From an uncultured delta proteobacterium (GTDB taxonomy: Bacteria > Desulfobacterota > Binatia > Binatales > Binataceae), in contig CAVXXK010000014.1 in assembly GCA_963765675.1 (NCBI GenBank), forward strand, positions 64,001 to 128,000: a stretch of DNA of 64,000 nt, given 5' to 3'. This document shows positions 1-9,762 of the stretch, in pieces. Every line of letters begins with the position of its first letter. Positions within the stretch are counted from its first letter, which is position 1. Position numbers and translations under genes: made by a program. The notes beneath the pieces were generated by a model. That model was not told where the DNA came from, did not search any database, and worked only from the letters and a program-made list of their open reading frames with translations.

Positions 1-2
1 AG

Positions 3-419
3 GGCCTCATCGATTATCTCGATGATAACGCCGACTTGAGTGGCTGTCTCCATGCGACCCCGATTCCGGGACTGTGGCTCGTACCTGCCGGTGGCGCCGC
101 CAGGGCGCCGGCCGAGGCCTTGGGAGGGCAGCGCATGCGCGACTTTATGAACGAAGTACACGCAATGGTGCCCGCGCCCTACGTCATTATCGACACGCCG
201 GCGGCGTCAGCGGTGCCAGAGCCCCAGATAATAGCCCGGCTTTCCGACGCCCTGGTGATCGTGGTGGCCGCTAATCGCACGCCGCGCGAATTAGTAAAGC
301 AGACCATCGAAAACGCGGCTGGTGCTACAATCTTCGGAATAGCGCTGAACCGCTTCGAGCCACCGCGTTCGACTCAGGTTCACTATCCCGACAAATACGC
401 ATTGCGAGCGTATTCGTAA
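3..419 (+). CDS. CpsD/CapB-family (Wzc-like) tyrosine kinase/ATPase, C-terminal part (5' truncated by window edge)
   Basis: Open frame from position 3 (GLIDYLDD...); LWLVPAG and Walker B VIIDTP; GIALNRF near C-terminus; directly upstream of a polysaccharide locus. Confidence 0.85.
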   Translation, partial: GLIDYLDDNADLSGCLHATPIPGLWLVPAGGAARAPAEALGGQRMRDFMNEVHAMVPAPYVIIDTPAASAVPEPQIIARLSDALVIVVAANRTPRELVKQTIENAAGATIFGIALNRFEPPRSTQVHYPDKYALRAYS

Positions 420-508
420 TCATGAGTCGTACCGGTGTCCACCGAAGCTCAGGGCATCGTGATCTCACTACCGACGATTTCACCATCTTGTAGCATACGC
501 AATCGCGT

Positions 509-1768
509 TTGATGACCCTCTACTATCTACTGCTGATATTTACGCGGTTTCATTCCGATCCACGCTTCGGCATGCCGCTGTTTAAGGCTGCGTTTGTCTT
601 GGTAACGCCCGTGAAAGTCATCGGGCTGTTGACTATCTGCGCGGCCGTTCTGCTTGTCCCGCCCGAGGATGCCGCACCTCGCTTGAAGAATCCGCTTGCG
701 CTGCTTTTTTTCGGATTTGCGGGCTTTCAGGTCGTCGAAGTACTGGTCTATAGGCTACCGATACCGGCGGACTCGCTTGCTTCTCTCCTATCTATCGGCC
801 TACTCCTGGTAGCAACCCGAGGCCTTGTAAACACTGAGGAACGGATGCGGACTGCGGTGCGGGTGATGATCGTCGCCTCAGCGATCGCGAGCATGTGGAT
901 ATACAGGCAGTATTTCTTCCTGCACGTTTTTCCACCGAATGGAATCGAACAAGATACCAACTTTGAAGCGCTGACGTTGGTATGTGGCATTCCGCTCGCC
1001 GTCTGGATGGTGCGCTACGAGAGAAAGAGCAGTTGGAAACGCGTGGCGATGGTTTGCGTTGGGCTGATGATTGGCGGTGTCCTGCTGACTGAATCACGTG
1101 CGGGCGTGATCGCAGCGGTGGTGATGGGCCTCGCAGCCGTATTTGTCTCAAGGCGAAAGATGCTTACCCTGGTATTGGTCGTGATTGCGGTGGTTGCCGG
1201 TGTCGAAATCGCTCCAGCGAAGCTCCGCACTCGTTTCGAAAGCATTAAACTCGAGGGAAAAGCGACTAACGGGGCTGAAGAATCGACTCGAATCCATATT
1301 GAACTGGCCAAAGCTGGCCTTGCCATGATCGAGACTTATCCGTTGACCGGAATCGGGCTGGAGCAATTCGAGGCGGCGGCTCCTGATTATAACCCCGCAT
1401 TGCTCCGAGTGGCCGGCCGCGAGTACGTCGCGCATGACACCTATATTCAGATCGCCTCAGAAAGCGGCCTTCCGGTTTTGATGCTATTTCTCGGCCTGAT
1501 CGCGATGGCTATTGTTAATTGCCGATCGGCAGGGCGCGGTTCAAATCTGCCGATGGCACGCATGGCTCTTGCCATGCAGATCGGTCTAATTGGATATGGC
1601 GTAGCAGCCGCCTCGGTCACGGCCGAGTACGTACCTACGTTCTGGCTATTGATCTTCTTCTCCCAAAATCTCAAGGAGATCGTTGTCTCACTTCCGGAGC
1701 CGAGTGTTCGCCTGAAAGGTGGACCCGCAGAACCAGGATGGGAACGCCCGGAAAGTCGTGCGGCGTGA
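509..1768 (+). CDS. O-antigen ligase / Wzy-type polysaccharide polymerase family membrane protein
   Basis: Many TM segments; LTESRAG, STRIH...AG, PLTGIG and AHDTYIQIASESG motifs typical of Wzy_C. Confidence 0.85.
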   Translation: MMTLYYLLLIFTRFHSDPRFGMPLFKAAFVLVTPVKVIGLLTICAAVLLVPPEDAAPRLKNPLALLFFGFAGFQVVEVLVYRLPIPADSLASLLSIGLLLVATRGLVNTEERMRTAVRVMIVASAIASMWIYRQYFFLHVFPPNGIEQDTNFEALTLVCGIPLAVWMVRYERKSSWKRVAMVCVGLMIGGVLLTESRAGVIAAVVMGLAAVFVSRRKMLTLVLVVIAVVAGVEIAPAKLRTRFESIKLEGKATNGAEESTRIHIELAKAGLAMIETYPLTGIGLEQFEAAAPDYNPALLRVAGREYVAHDTYIQIASESGLPVLMLFLGLIAMAIVNCRSAGRGSNLPMARMALAMQIGLIGYGVAAASVTAEYVPTFWLLIFFSQNLKEIVVSLPEPSVRLKGGPAEPGWERPESRAA

Positions 1769-2009
1769 ATCAATGCGTCTGGAACAATTCGCGCGAAGCG
1801 CCAGAGGCTTGAGCGGAAGCCTGAGTTGCGATCCCTGCGTGACTGGATCTCTCTTCAATTGGATTTGATTCGATCTGGCGTCCGAACCCGGTTGAATGTG
1901 TATAGCGACTAGCCAGAACGAAAACCGGCTCGCAAGCGACACTGACGCTACGTCTAAACTTGTCTGAGACTCGGATCGCGAGTATCGATCGGCGCATAGA
2001 GAGGGCGCG

Positions 2010-3191
2010 ATGAAGACGCTCTTTTTTGTCGGAGCGTTCTGGCTGGTTTACGTTTATGGCGGATATCCGGCTCTGCTGGCTTTGCTGGCTTTTAAGAAGC
2101 GGGTTCAGCCGGTCATCAATGAACGTGAGATGCCGCGTGTGTCCGTGCTGATCGCTGCGCGCAATGAAGAGCAGGACATCGGATGGAAGATCGCCGAAAC
2201 GCTCGCGTGGGATTATCCGCAGCAAAAGCTTAAAGTGCTGATTGCTTCCGACGCGTCCGAGGACTCGACCGATAAAATTATCCGCGAATCGTCTGACGAA
2301 CGAGTCAGGTTGGTGCGTATGGAGCGCCGAGGCGGGAAGGCGCGTGCTCTAAACCGCCTCGCAGAAATATCCGAAAGCTCGATTTTGTTTTTCACCGACG
2401 CCAACGCTCACATTGCCCCGCATGTGCTGCGACTGATGGTGCGGCGTTTTGCCGACCCGCGCGTGGGTTGTGTAACCGGTGACTCGCGGTCGATCCAAGA
2501 GAAAGACCGCCGGGCAGTGTCGAAGGGTGCCAGCGTCTACTGGGGCTATGAATCGATTCTTAAGCGTCTGGAAAGCGCAATCGGTTCGGTCCTTGTCTGC
2601 GACGGCGCGATTTTCTGTATGCGAGCCCAGCTTTTCCAGCGTCTCTCCGCCGATCTGGCCAACGACTTGGAGATTCCGATGCTGGTGGGAGCGGCCGGCT
2701 ACTGGGTAATCCACGAGCCAGATGCTTTGGTATTCGAGCGCGACACTACCTCGCCGCTCGAGGAATTCAAACGGCGCCGCCGAATGTGCGGTCAGGGGAT
2801 GTTAGCTGCATTCAGGTTGACTGCTGCTTTCCGCGGTCTGCGCGGCTGGCAGTTTGTCTCGCACAAACTATTACGCTGGTTATCGCTGATTCCGATGCTG
2901 ATGATCCTCGTTTCTTCGGCGGCTCTCGCCGAAGGCTCCGGATTCTTCATGTCCGTGATGGCGCTCGAAGTGCTTTTCCTTGGGTTGGCCGCATTAGGTT
3001 TGGTCATGACCGCTGCCGGGCGCTCTGTCTCCGGACCTCTTGCAGTCCCTTTCTACGTCGTGCTGGGTGTGATCGGCGCATTCGTCGGGATTGCCGAGTC
3101 ACTATTCGGTAGGCGGTTCGATATCTGGGATATCCCCAAGCTGTCGCGCGGCCCGGCCCCGGACATCTCATCTCCCACCCGAGAGGTTTAG
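2010..3191 (+). CDS. GT2 glycosyltransferase (CESA/PgaC-like, membrane anchored)
   Basis: VSVLIAARNEE, DASED, GKARALN, FTDAN, RRRRM motif and C-terminal TM helices; RBS GAGGG. Confidence 0.9.
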   Translation: MKTLFFVGAFWLVYVYGGYPALLALLAFKKRVQPVINEREMPRVSVLIAARNEEQDIGWKIAETLAWDYPQQKLKVLIASDASEDSTDKIIRESSDERVRLVRMERRGGKARALNRLAEISESSILFFTDANAHIAPHVLRLMVRRFADPRVGCVTGDSRSIQEKDRRAVSKGASVYWGYESILKRLESAIGSVLVCDGAIFCMRAQLFQRLSADLANDLEIPMLVGAAGYWVIHEPDALVFERDTTSPLEEFKRRRRMCGQGMLAAFRLTAAFRGLRGWQFVSHKLLRWLSLIPMLMILVSSAALAEGSGFFMSVMALEVLFLGLAALGLVMTAAGRSVSGPLAVPFYVVLGVIGAFVGIAESLFGRRFDIWDIPKLSRGPAPDISSPTREV

Positions 3192-3195
3192 AAAC

Positions 3196-4119
3196 GTGGA
3201 TACTCTTAATGATCGCTGTGTATTGTCGATCGACGTTGAAGATTGGTTTCACATCCTCGATCTGCCATCCACTCCGACCCTAGGCGAATGGGACCGGCTC
3301 CCATCACGCGTCGAGCACAACTTCCTGCGCTTGCTGGATTTGGCAGCTGAGCATCACGTGCGCTGCACCTGCTTTTTCCTGGGCTGGATCGCCCACCGCC
3401 ATCCACGTCTGGTGACTGCCGCGCTCCAGCGCGGCCATGAAATCGCCTCGCATGGATGGGCGCATCGGCTAGCCTATCAGCTCACGGCCAAAGAGTTTTA
3501 CGAAGACGCTGCGAAAGCCAAGGATGTTATAGAGCAAATCTCTGGCTGCAGCGTGCTCGGATACCGATCGGCCGGATTCTCGCTCTCCGCCCGCAACGAC
3601 TGGGTATTCGATGAACTGCTGCGTGCCGGCTATGTATACGACTCATCCGTCTTTCCCGCCAACCACGGCCACGGTGGATGGCATAACGGACACTACGCTC
3701 CATATTTGGTGAAACGACCTGGTGGAGATTTGATCGAGTTTCCCATGTCTGTGGAGGAGGTACTTGGGCACCCGTACTGTTTCTTTGGCGGCGGCTACCT
3801 GCGCCTGTTCCCGCTGTCTATAATTCGTAGGATGACTGCGGGCGTCCACCGGCAGGGCAGGCCGGCAATCTTTTATATTCATCCAAGGGAAATTGACCCC
3901 GACCAGCCGCGCCTCGCGATGAGCGCGTGGCGTCAATTCAAGAGTTACGTAAATCTGGCGACGACTGAAGCCAAGCTACGGGAGCTTTTGACTGAGTACG
4001 AGTTCGTCACGCTCGAGGATCTGGCTGGAGAGATCTTTCCGTCCTTCATTCAGCCAGCGATTAACCACCACCGATCGTCGCTGGATCATTCCGATACGAT
4101 CCCGGATTTCGTCTTCTAA
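3196..4119 (+). CDS. Polysaccharide deacetylase, XrtA/PEP-CTERM-associated type (DUF3473 C-terminus)
   Basis: SIDVEDWFH, HEIASHGWAH, GYRSAGFS, YDSS, GGGYLRL, FYIHPREIDPDQPR; GTG at 3196 just after the upstream stop preferred over the ORF start at 3091. Confidence 0.9.
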   Translation: MDTLNDRCVLSIDVEDWFHILDLPSTPTLGEWDRLPSRVEHNFLRLLDLAAEHHVRCTCFFLGWIAHRHPRLVTAALQRGHEIASHGWAHRLAYQLTAKEFYEDAAKAKDVIEQISGCSVLGYRSAGFSLSARNDWVFDELLRAGYVYDSSVFPANHGHGGWHNGHYAPYLVKRPGGDLIEFPMSVEEVLGHPYCFFGGGYLRLFPLSIIRRMTAGVHRQGRPAIFYIHPREIDPDQPRLAMSAWRQFKSYVNLATTEAKLRELLTEYEFVTLEDLAGEIFPSFIQPAINHHRSSLDHSDTIPDFVF

Positions 4120-4417
4120 AGGGATCGGCCAAGGCTTTCTAATTTCTTGTCAAAAGAGGGGGGAATATCAAAACGTACAGTGGGATCCGACGGTAGTTTA
4201 TTCTGATGCGAGTGTTAACGATCGCGGGCATCAGCATTTCTGGAACTGCGTCTGACCAACTCCCGAAAGCGAAAAGAATCACCAGTTGCCTTTCGACCTG
4301 CTCCGCTAATTTCCGTGAAATCTAGATTCGCTGCATCACGGTCTGGCCGAGACGACCCAACGTGGGAATTGTCGGCCAATTTGTTTAAATCGCGACGCAA
4401 CAACCCAGAGAGGCAAC

Positions 4418-5089
4418 ATGTTCGAGGATTCTGTAACACTTGCCGCACAAGATTTGTTGAAACGCCTGGCTTTTAGATCAGGACTCGTAAAAACCCGTTA
4501 CGATTTTCTGTTGGAACCTAATGAGCTGCTCGAATTGATGCTGGCCCTGAGACGCGGCAATAGTTTGCCCGGAGACATTATTGAGGTTGGAGTAGCCCGC
4601 GGTAGAACCACTCTGTTTCTCAACCGCTTCCTGAATTCGCTAAACAGCACCAAAACCTACTGGGTCGTGGATACCTTCAGCGGCTTCGTCGCGGAGGACG
4701 TAGCGCATGAACGGCTTAATCGCGGCAAGCAGGGTCATTCCTATACGGGTTTTTCTTATAACTCAAAGCGAATCTGGGACCGCAGAGTAGTGCAGGACAA
4801 CGGACTGAAACGCGTGAAGACCATCGCTCAGGAGATCAAGCGGGTCCACTTCGATCCCGACCAGATGTTCTCGACCGCGTTGATAGACGTGGACCTTTAC
4901 CTGCCTACCAAGGCCGCGCTGGAAATCATCTATCCTCGGTTGGTTCCGGGCGGGACGATCGTAGTCGATGACGTGTGTGAAGGTGGGCGTTATGACGGTG
5001 CTTTTGCAGCGTTCATGGAGTTCGCCAACCTGAAACCAACGGAATGCCGGGTATTGCCTCCAAAGTGCGGTATCGTCGTTCGCGGATAA
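4418..5089 (+). CDS. TylF/MycF/NovP-like O-methyltransferase
   Basis: IIEVGVARG, VDTFSG, IDVDLY, VVDD motifs; RBS GAGAGG. Confidence 0.8.
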   Translation: MFEDSVTLAAQDLLKRLAFRSGLVKTRYDFLLEPNELLELMLALRRGNSLPGDIIEVGVARGRTTLFLNRFLNSLNSTKTYWVVDTFSGFVAEDVAHERLNRGKQGHSYTGFSYNSKRIWDRRVVQDNGLKRVKTIAQEIKRVHFDPDQMFSTALIDVDLYLPTKAALEIIYPRLVPGGTIVVDDVCEGGRYDGAFAAFMEFANLKPTECRVLPPKCGIVVRG

Positions 5090-5123
5090 ATGACTATCCA
5101 ATGGAATCATTCGGATCTGGAAT

Positions 5124-6146
5124 ATGAATATTGAGCTGGCCAGAGACCGCGAACCATGGGAGGCCTACGTAGATACAGCTGCACCGGCGAGTCTTTATCA
5201 TCGATGGGTGTGGCGCGAGGTGATCGAAGATACGTTTGGACATCAACCGTACTACCTTACGGCGATCGAAGGTAACACGATCCGCGGTATTTTACCGCTG
5301 GTGTCTATTCGCAGTCGGCTCTTCGGTAATTCGCTGATATCAATTCCATTCTTCAGTTACGGAGGCGTGGTAGCCGACACTGATCTAGCGCGTCGCACGT
5401 TACTTGAAGGAGCGGCGGATTTGGGACGCGAACTAGGAGCACGGCATATAGAACTCCGTCAAGGTGATCAGAGTGCGATATCGTGGCCGATGTCATCTAC
5501 CAAGGTCACGATGGAAATCCAACTGCCGGCCACTGTCGATGACTACTGTAAGCAGCTGAGCACAAGCAGGCAAAAAAAGATTCGCTACGGCCTCAAACGG
5601 GGTTTACGCGCCGAATGGGGCGGTCTGGAAGCGGTTCCGATATTCTACAAGATATTCGCCACAAACATGCGGAATCTTGGTACGCCTGTGTATCCGAGCG
5701 CGTTCTTCGAAAACCAAATGAGCAGACTTCGCGAAAAGATTAGGATCTTGAGTTTATGGGATGGTACGAAACCCGTCGCAGCCTCCTTCGTCACCGCCCA
5801 TCGGGAGACGCTGGAACTTCCGTGGGCTGCGTCTCTTCCGGAGTCCAGAAAGAAAGAAGCACCAATGATTATGTATTGGACGCTAATCGAAAAGGCTATC
5901 GAAGAAAGATTCCACAAGATAGATCTGGGTCGGTGTTCGCCAGGCGGCGGTACATATGAGTTCAAGCGCCACTGGAATCCGGTCGAACGCCCGCTGCATT
6001 GGTACTATTGGCTCGGAGCCAACGCATCGATACCTCGCCCGCGGCCGGATAACCCCAAATTCAGGTTCGCCACCAAACTCTGGAAGCGGTTACCACTGCT
6101 TGTCGCAAATGGACTCGGGCCGCGGATCGTGCGCTCGATTCCGTGA
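5124..6146 (+). CDS. FemAB-like GNAT protein, XrtA/PEP-CTERM-system associated
   Basis: LISIPFFSYGG, NMRNLGTPV, DLGRCS, FKRHW, NPKF...KLWKRLP...LGPRIVRSIP. Confidence 0.88.
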   Translation: MNIELARDREPWEAYVDTAAPASLYHRWVWREVIEDTFGHQPYYLTAIEGNTIRGILPLVSIRSRLFGNSLISIPFFSYGGVVADTDLARRTLLEGAADLGRELGARHIELRQGDQSAISWPMSSTKVTMEIQLPATVDDYCKQLSTSRQKKIRYGLKRGLRAEWGGLEAVPIFYKIFATNMRNLGTPVYPSAFFENQMSRLREKIRILSLWDGTKPVAASFVTAHRETLELPWAASLPESRKKEAPMIMYWTLIEKAIEERFHKIDLGRCSPGGGTYEFKRHWNPVERPLHWYYWLGANASIPRPRPDNPKFRFATKLWKRLPLLVANGLGPRIVRSIP

Positions 6147-6153
6147 GGGATGA

Positions 6154-7356
6154 ATGAATACCGGGACTGCGGAGATTGCTCAGACATCACGAGTTGATTC
6201 TGAGCGGCACCTACAAATCTTTGTGTTGATCGATGCGCTCGGTTGGGAAATCATCAAGGACCGCCCGTTTCTCAACGATGAGTTACCGTTTCGTACGCCG
6301 CTCGAAACGGTGCTCGGCTATAGCTCGGGCGCGATTCCGACTATCCTGACCGGTCGCTACCCCGCGCAAACCGGCCATTGGAATCTTTACTATTACGATC
6401 CTGCTGGATCGCCATTTAGGTGGCTACGATGGTTTTGGTTTCTACCTGATCCGGTTCTCGATAACCGAATTTCCCGCAAGCTCATTAAGGAGCTGGGACA
6501 GCGGGTGCTCGGTATGGGGCCTCTGTTCGAATGCGGAGTCAGCCCCGCGCTCCTCCCGTTCTTCAACTTCGTGGAGAAGCGCAATATCTATGCTGAGGGT
6601 GGTATCCCCGATTCAGTATCAATCTTTGACCTCCTCCACGCGCGCGGAGTTCCTTACCGGGTATACTCATATCATCAGTTATCGGATATCCGAATCGTCG
6701 AGCAAGCTCGCAGTGACATTGAGTCTGGTGAGGCCAAGTTCTTTTTTATCTATCTGAGCGAGCTGGATCATTTTCTCCATGGCCAGTGCAGTGATCTTCA
6801 GACGGTGGCGGAGCGGCTGGCGTGGTACGATCGACAACTTCGCGAGGTATTTGCGTTAGCGGCTCGGAAGGACCGAGAGATGACCTTCACAGTAATCTCT
6901 GATCATGGCATGACACCGGTGCACTCTCGGTACGATTTAGTAGGAAAGATCGACTCGCTGGGATTCTCGATGCCCAAGCATTACCTGGCTGTCTACGACT
7001 CGACGATGGCTCGTTATTGGTTTTTCGACGACGGTGCACGCAGTGCGATCCTCACCGAACTGGGACGTACTTCATGCGGCCGGATTGTGGACGATTCCGA
7101 GCTGGAGCGGCTGGGAATTCTGTTTCCTGACCGGCGCTACGGCGAGATTGTGTTTTTGCTCGATCCCGGATGGTTGCTCTCGACCAGCGGCTTCAACGGT
7201 AATGGATGGCACCCGGTTGGGATGCACGGCTATCACCCGTCAGATTCGCACTCCGACGCGATCTTTCTTAGCAATAAACATCCGCGCCAGCAAATGAACA
7301 CTATTGCCGACATCTATCCGTGTTTAGCGGAAGCAGCCTCGCCCGATGAATATTGA
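6154..7356 (+). CDS. Alkaline-phosphatase-superfamily protein (type I phosphodiesterase/NPP-like)
   Basis: LIDALGW, GYSSGAIPTILTG, LDHFLH, ISDHGM, GMHGY metal-binding motifs; no signal peptide. Confidence 0.85.
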   Translation: MNTGTAEIAQTSRVDSERHLQIFVLIDALGWEIIKDRPFLNDELPFRTPLETVLGYSSGAIPTILTGRYPAQTGHWNLYYYDPAGSPFRWLRWFWFLPDPVLDNRISRKLIKELGQRVLGMGPLFECGVSPALLPFFNFVEKRNIYAEGGIPDSVSIFDLLHARGVPYRVYSYHQLSDIRIVEQARSDIESGEAKFFFIYLSELDHFLHGQCSDLQTVAERLAWYDRQLREVFALAARKDREMTFTVISDHGMTPVHSRYDLVGKIDSLGFSMPKHYLAVYDSTMARYWFFDDGARSAILTELGRTSCGRIVDDSELERLGILFPDRRYGEIVFLLDPGWLLSTSGFNGNGWHPVGMHGYHPSDSHSDAIFLSNKHPRQQMNTIADIYPCLAEAASPDEY

Positions 7357-8557
7357 TCGCCGTATCGCCGTAATGCATTTCGCCAACGAACCGGTACGGG
7401 GCGGAGCCGAGGAGCACATGCTAATGCTGCTGTCCCATCTGGACCGGACTCAGTTTCGCCCGATACTGGCGGCTCCGCCGAGTCTCATCGAATTGCTGCG
7501 ACCTGATCTGCCTCGCGAGGTAGAGGCGATTTCCATTAATCTGCAAAGTCCCAGCGATCTGGCTGCGGCATGGAGTTTCGCGCGTATGCTCGCAGAACGC
7601 CGGATCGATATTCTTCATTCGCATATGTTCCACGCGAGCCGACTTGCATCGCCGATAGGATGGATGGTGGGGGTACCTGTATTGATCGAAACTCCTCACG
7701 TCCGCGAACACTGGCGCAAAGGCTGGATCAAGGGAAGTTACGTCATCGATCGGTTGGTCGCGCGTTTTGTTACCGCATATATCGCTGTGTCGGAGGCGAA
7801 TGGGCGATACCTGCGGACTGAGAAGCGCCTTCCGAGTGAGAAGATCTTCGTCATTCGAAACGGTTGTTCTGTCGAACGATTTGACCCGGCACAACCTGCT
7901 CCGTCTGCTTTGCGAGCTACCTTGGGTATCGATGAAAATGTACCCGTGGTGCTGGTACTTGCCAGGCTTGAACCGCAGAAGGGGCATCGAGTGCTGCTCG
8001 AGGCGTGGAAGTCGGTTACGCAATCGTATGCGACTGCGCGCTTGGTGTGCGCCGGCGACGGTGGGCTCCGTGCGCAGCTTGAGACACAAGCCAGCACGCT
8101 TGGAATTGCCGGTTCCGTCTCATTCGTCGGCCAGCAGCCAAACGTTCCCGATTGGCTCGCGCTCGCGGACTTTACCGTCTTACCGTCTTTCTATGAAGGT
8201 CTTCCGCTCGCCGCTATCGAGTCTTTGGCGGCCGGACGTCCAGTGGTTGCAACCGCGGTGGACGGCACCAGCGAGGTGGTGCTCGATGGCAAGACGGGGC
8301 TCACGGTAACAGCCGGCGATTCCGCGGGGCTATCGAGAGCAATCTCCCGGATGCTCGCATCGCCTAAACTCGTGCGAACCTTAGGCGCTGCCGGGCGGCA
8401 GTTTGTACTAGAGCACTTCAGCCGCGAGCGTCAGGTCCAGCAGACTGAAGCGCTATACTTGGATACGTGGCACCGCAGCGGCGGTCATCGCGTGCCCGAA
8501 CCGAGCGGTGCTGCCATCGGCATATGCCAGGAAGCGCTGACGAGACATACCAAGTGA
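7346..8557 (+). CDS. GT4 glycosyltransferase
   Basis: GGAE, ARLEPQKG, EGLPLAAIESLAAG (E-x7-E); overlaps upstream stop. Confidence 0.92.
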   Translation: MNIDRRIAVMHFANEPVRGGAEEHMLMLLSHLDRTQFRPILAAPPSLIELLRPDLPREVEAISINLQSPSDLAAAWSFARMLAERRIDILHSHMFHASRLASPIGWMVGVPVLIETPHVREHWRKGWIKGSYVIDRLVARFVTAYIAVSEANGRYLRTEKRLPSEKIFVIRNGCSVERFDPAQPAPSALRATLGIDENVPVVLVLARLEPQKGHRVLLEAWKSVTQSYATARLVCAGDGGLRAQLETQASTLGIAGSVSFVGQQPNVPDWLALADFTVLPSFYEGLPLAAIESLAAGRPVVATAVDGTSEVVLDGKTGLTVTAGDSAGLSRAISRMLASPKLVRTLGAAGRQFVLEHFSRERQVQQTEALYLDTWHRSGGHRVPEPSGAAIGICQEALTRHTK

Positions 8558-9762
8558 GCACGTCCACGCCGAATGTTTCGTTGAGTTACGATACTCAGGT
8601 CGCCGACACGGTCGCGGAGCTGTCGGCCGCCGCTTTTCCGCGCGGCCTGCGTGCGATTGTGCTTACCGGCAGCCTCGCGCGAGGTGAGGGAACTTGGCTA
8701 CACGAGAGCTCGAGAGTTCGACTTGCCGGTGACGCCGACATTTTAGCGATTTTCAATGATCGCGCCCCACTGCCGCAACCGGGTCGTATCGCGCAACTGG
8801 AACACGCGGCGCAGGATCGCCTTGCCTCGGCGGGCATTGAAGTCCATCTCGGGATGAGTCCAGTTCGATCGGACTATTTGCTCCGTCTTCAACCGACTAT
8901 CTTCTCGTACGAATTAGCTACGTTCGGTAAAGTAATATGGGGCGACGCGACCGTTCTGAAGCTCGCACCCGCGTTCACTGACTCGCAAATACCACTCGAG
9001 GACGGATTTCGACTGCTGATGAACCGCATGCTCGAATTGCTCGAAACCGTGTGTGAAATTCATCCGCTCGCTACCGGTGCACGAGATGTCCGCTATCGCG
9101 CAATGAAGTTGTGGCTCGATATGGCAACTTCATATTTACTTTTCAAGCGCCGCTATCTACCGACCTATCGCGGGCGCGCTACGCGTCTGCGCGAACTTTC
9201 TACGGACTCGCACGCGCTTGCGCCAATTCCGCTGGATCGATTCGCTTCGATGGTGGCGTTCGCCACAAGCTGCAAGCTTGGCGACCCCGAAGCTTTCGAA
9301 ATGAGAGATCTTGCAGACTTATCTACATTGATCGACGACGCGCACTCGCTGTGGCGCTGGGAAATCGAGCGCGTCACATCAGGCGGCGCGAGTGATATCG
9401 ACTTGCTGCGGCAATGGATCGCAGCCGAGCCGATCGCCGCGCGGATGCGTGGATGGGCGGCTGTCGTCAAGCGTTCCGGAACTTGGCGCGCCGTCGCTCG
9501 GATGCCAAAGTGGATTCGTCTCGCCCATATCGGGGGACCGCGCCGCCTGATCTATGCTGCTACAAGCGAGCTTTTGTTTGCCGTTCCCCGTCTTATTCAG
9601 GAAGCTAGGCCGCCCGCACTCGACTCGCGATGGAATGAACTGAGACGGAATCTGCCGATCACCGACGTTCCTGAAGATCGGCCTTCGCGATTCGCGTGGC
9701 GCCGGTTGGGTCGTGCCATAGCCTTTAACTACAACCGTCTTCTCGTCCCGACCAGATCATGA
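8554..9762 (+). CDS. Putative Pol-beta-superfamily nucleotidyltransferase with helical C-terminal region
   Basis: IVLTGSLARGEG...GDADIL (hG[S]-x-DxD signature); GTG at 8554 overlaps the GT4 stop (GTGA). Confidence 0.65.
   Translation: MSTSTPNVSLSYDTQVADTVAELSAAAFPRGLRAIVLTGSLARGEGTWLHESSRVRLAGDADILAIFNDRAPLPQPGRIAQLEHAAQDRLASAGIEVHLGMSPVRSDYLLRLQPTIFSYELATFGKVIWGDATVLKLAPAFTDSQIPLEDGFRLLMNRMLELLETVCEIHPLATGARDVRYRAMKLWLDMATSYLLFKRRYLPTYRGRATRLRELSTDSHALAPIPLDRFASMVAFATSCKLGDPEAFEMRDLADLSTLIDDAHSLWRWEIERVTSGGASDIDLLRQWIAAEPIAARMRGWAAVVKRSGTWRAVARMPKWIRLAHIGGPRRLIYAATSELLFAVPRLIQEARPPALDSRWNELRRNLPITDVPEDRPSRFAWRRLGRAIAFNYNRLLVPTRS

Noticed and set aside
4188-4200. ops/JUMPstart-like GACGGTAG in the EPS intergenic gap
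   Set aside because: Mismatch to GGCGGTAG, far from the next start codon, and no supporting JUMPstart context.
8554-9762. MNT-HEPN toxin-antitoxin or defence interpretation of the nucleotidyltransferase
   Set aside because: No RxxxxH HEPN motif seen, and the gene is translationally coupled within glycosyltransferase genes.
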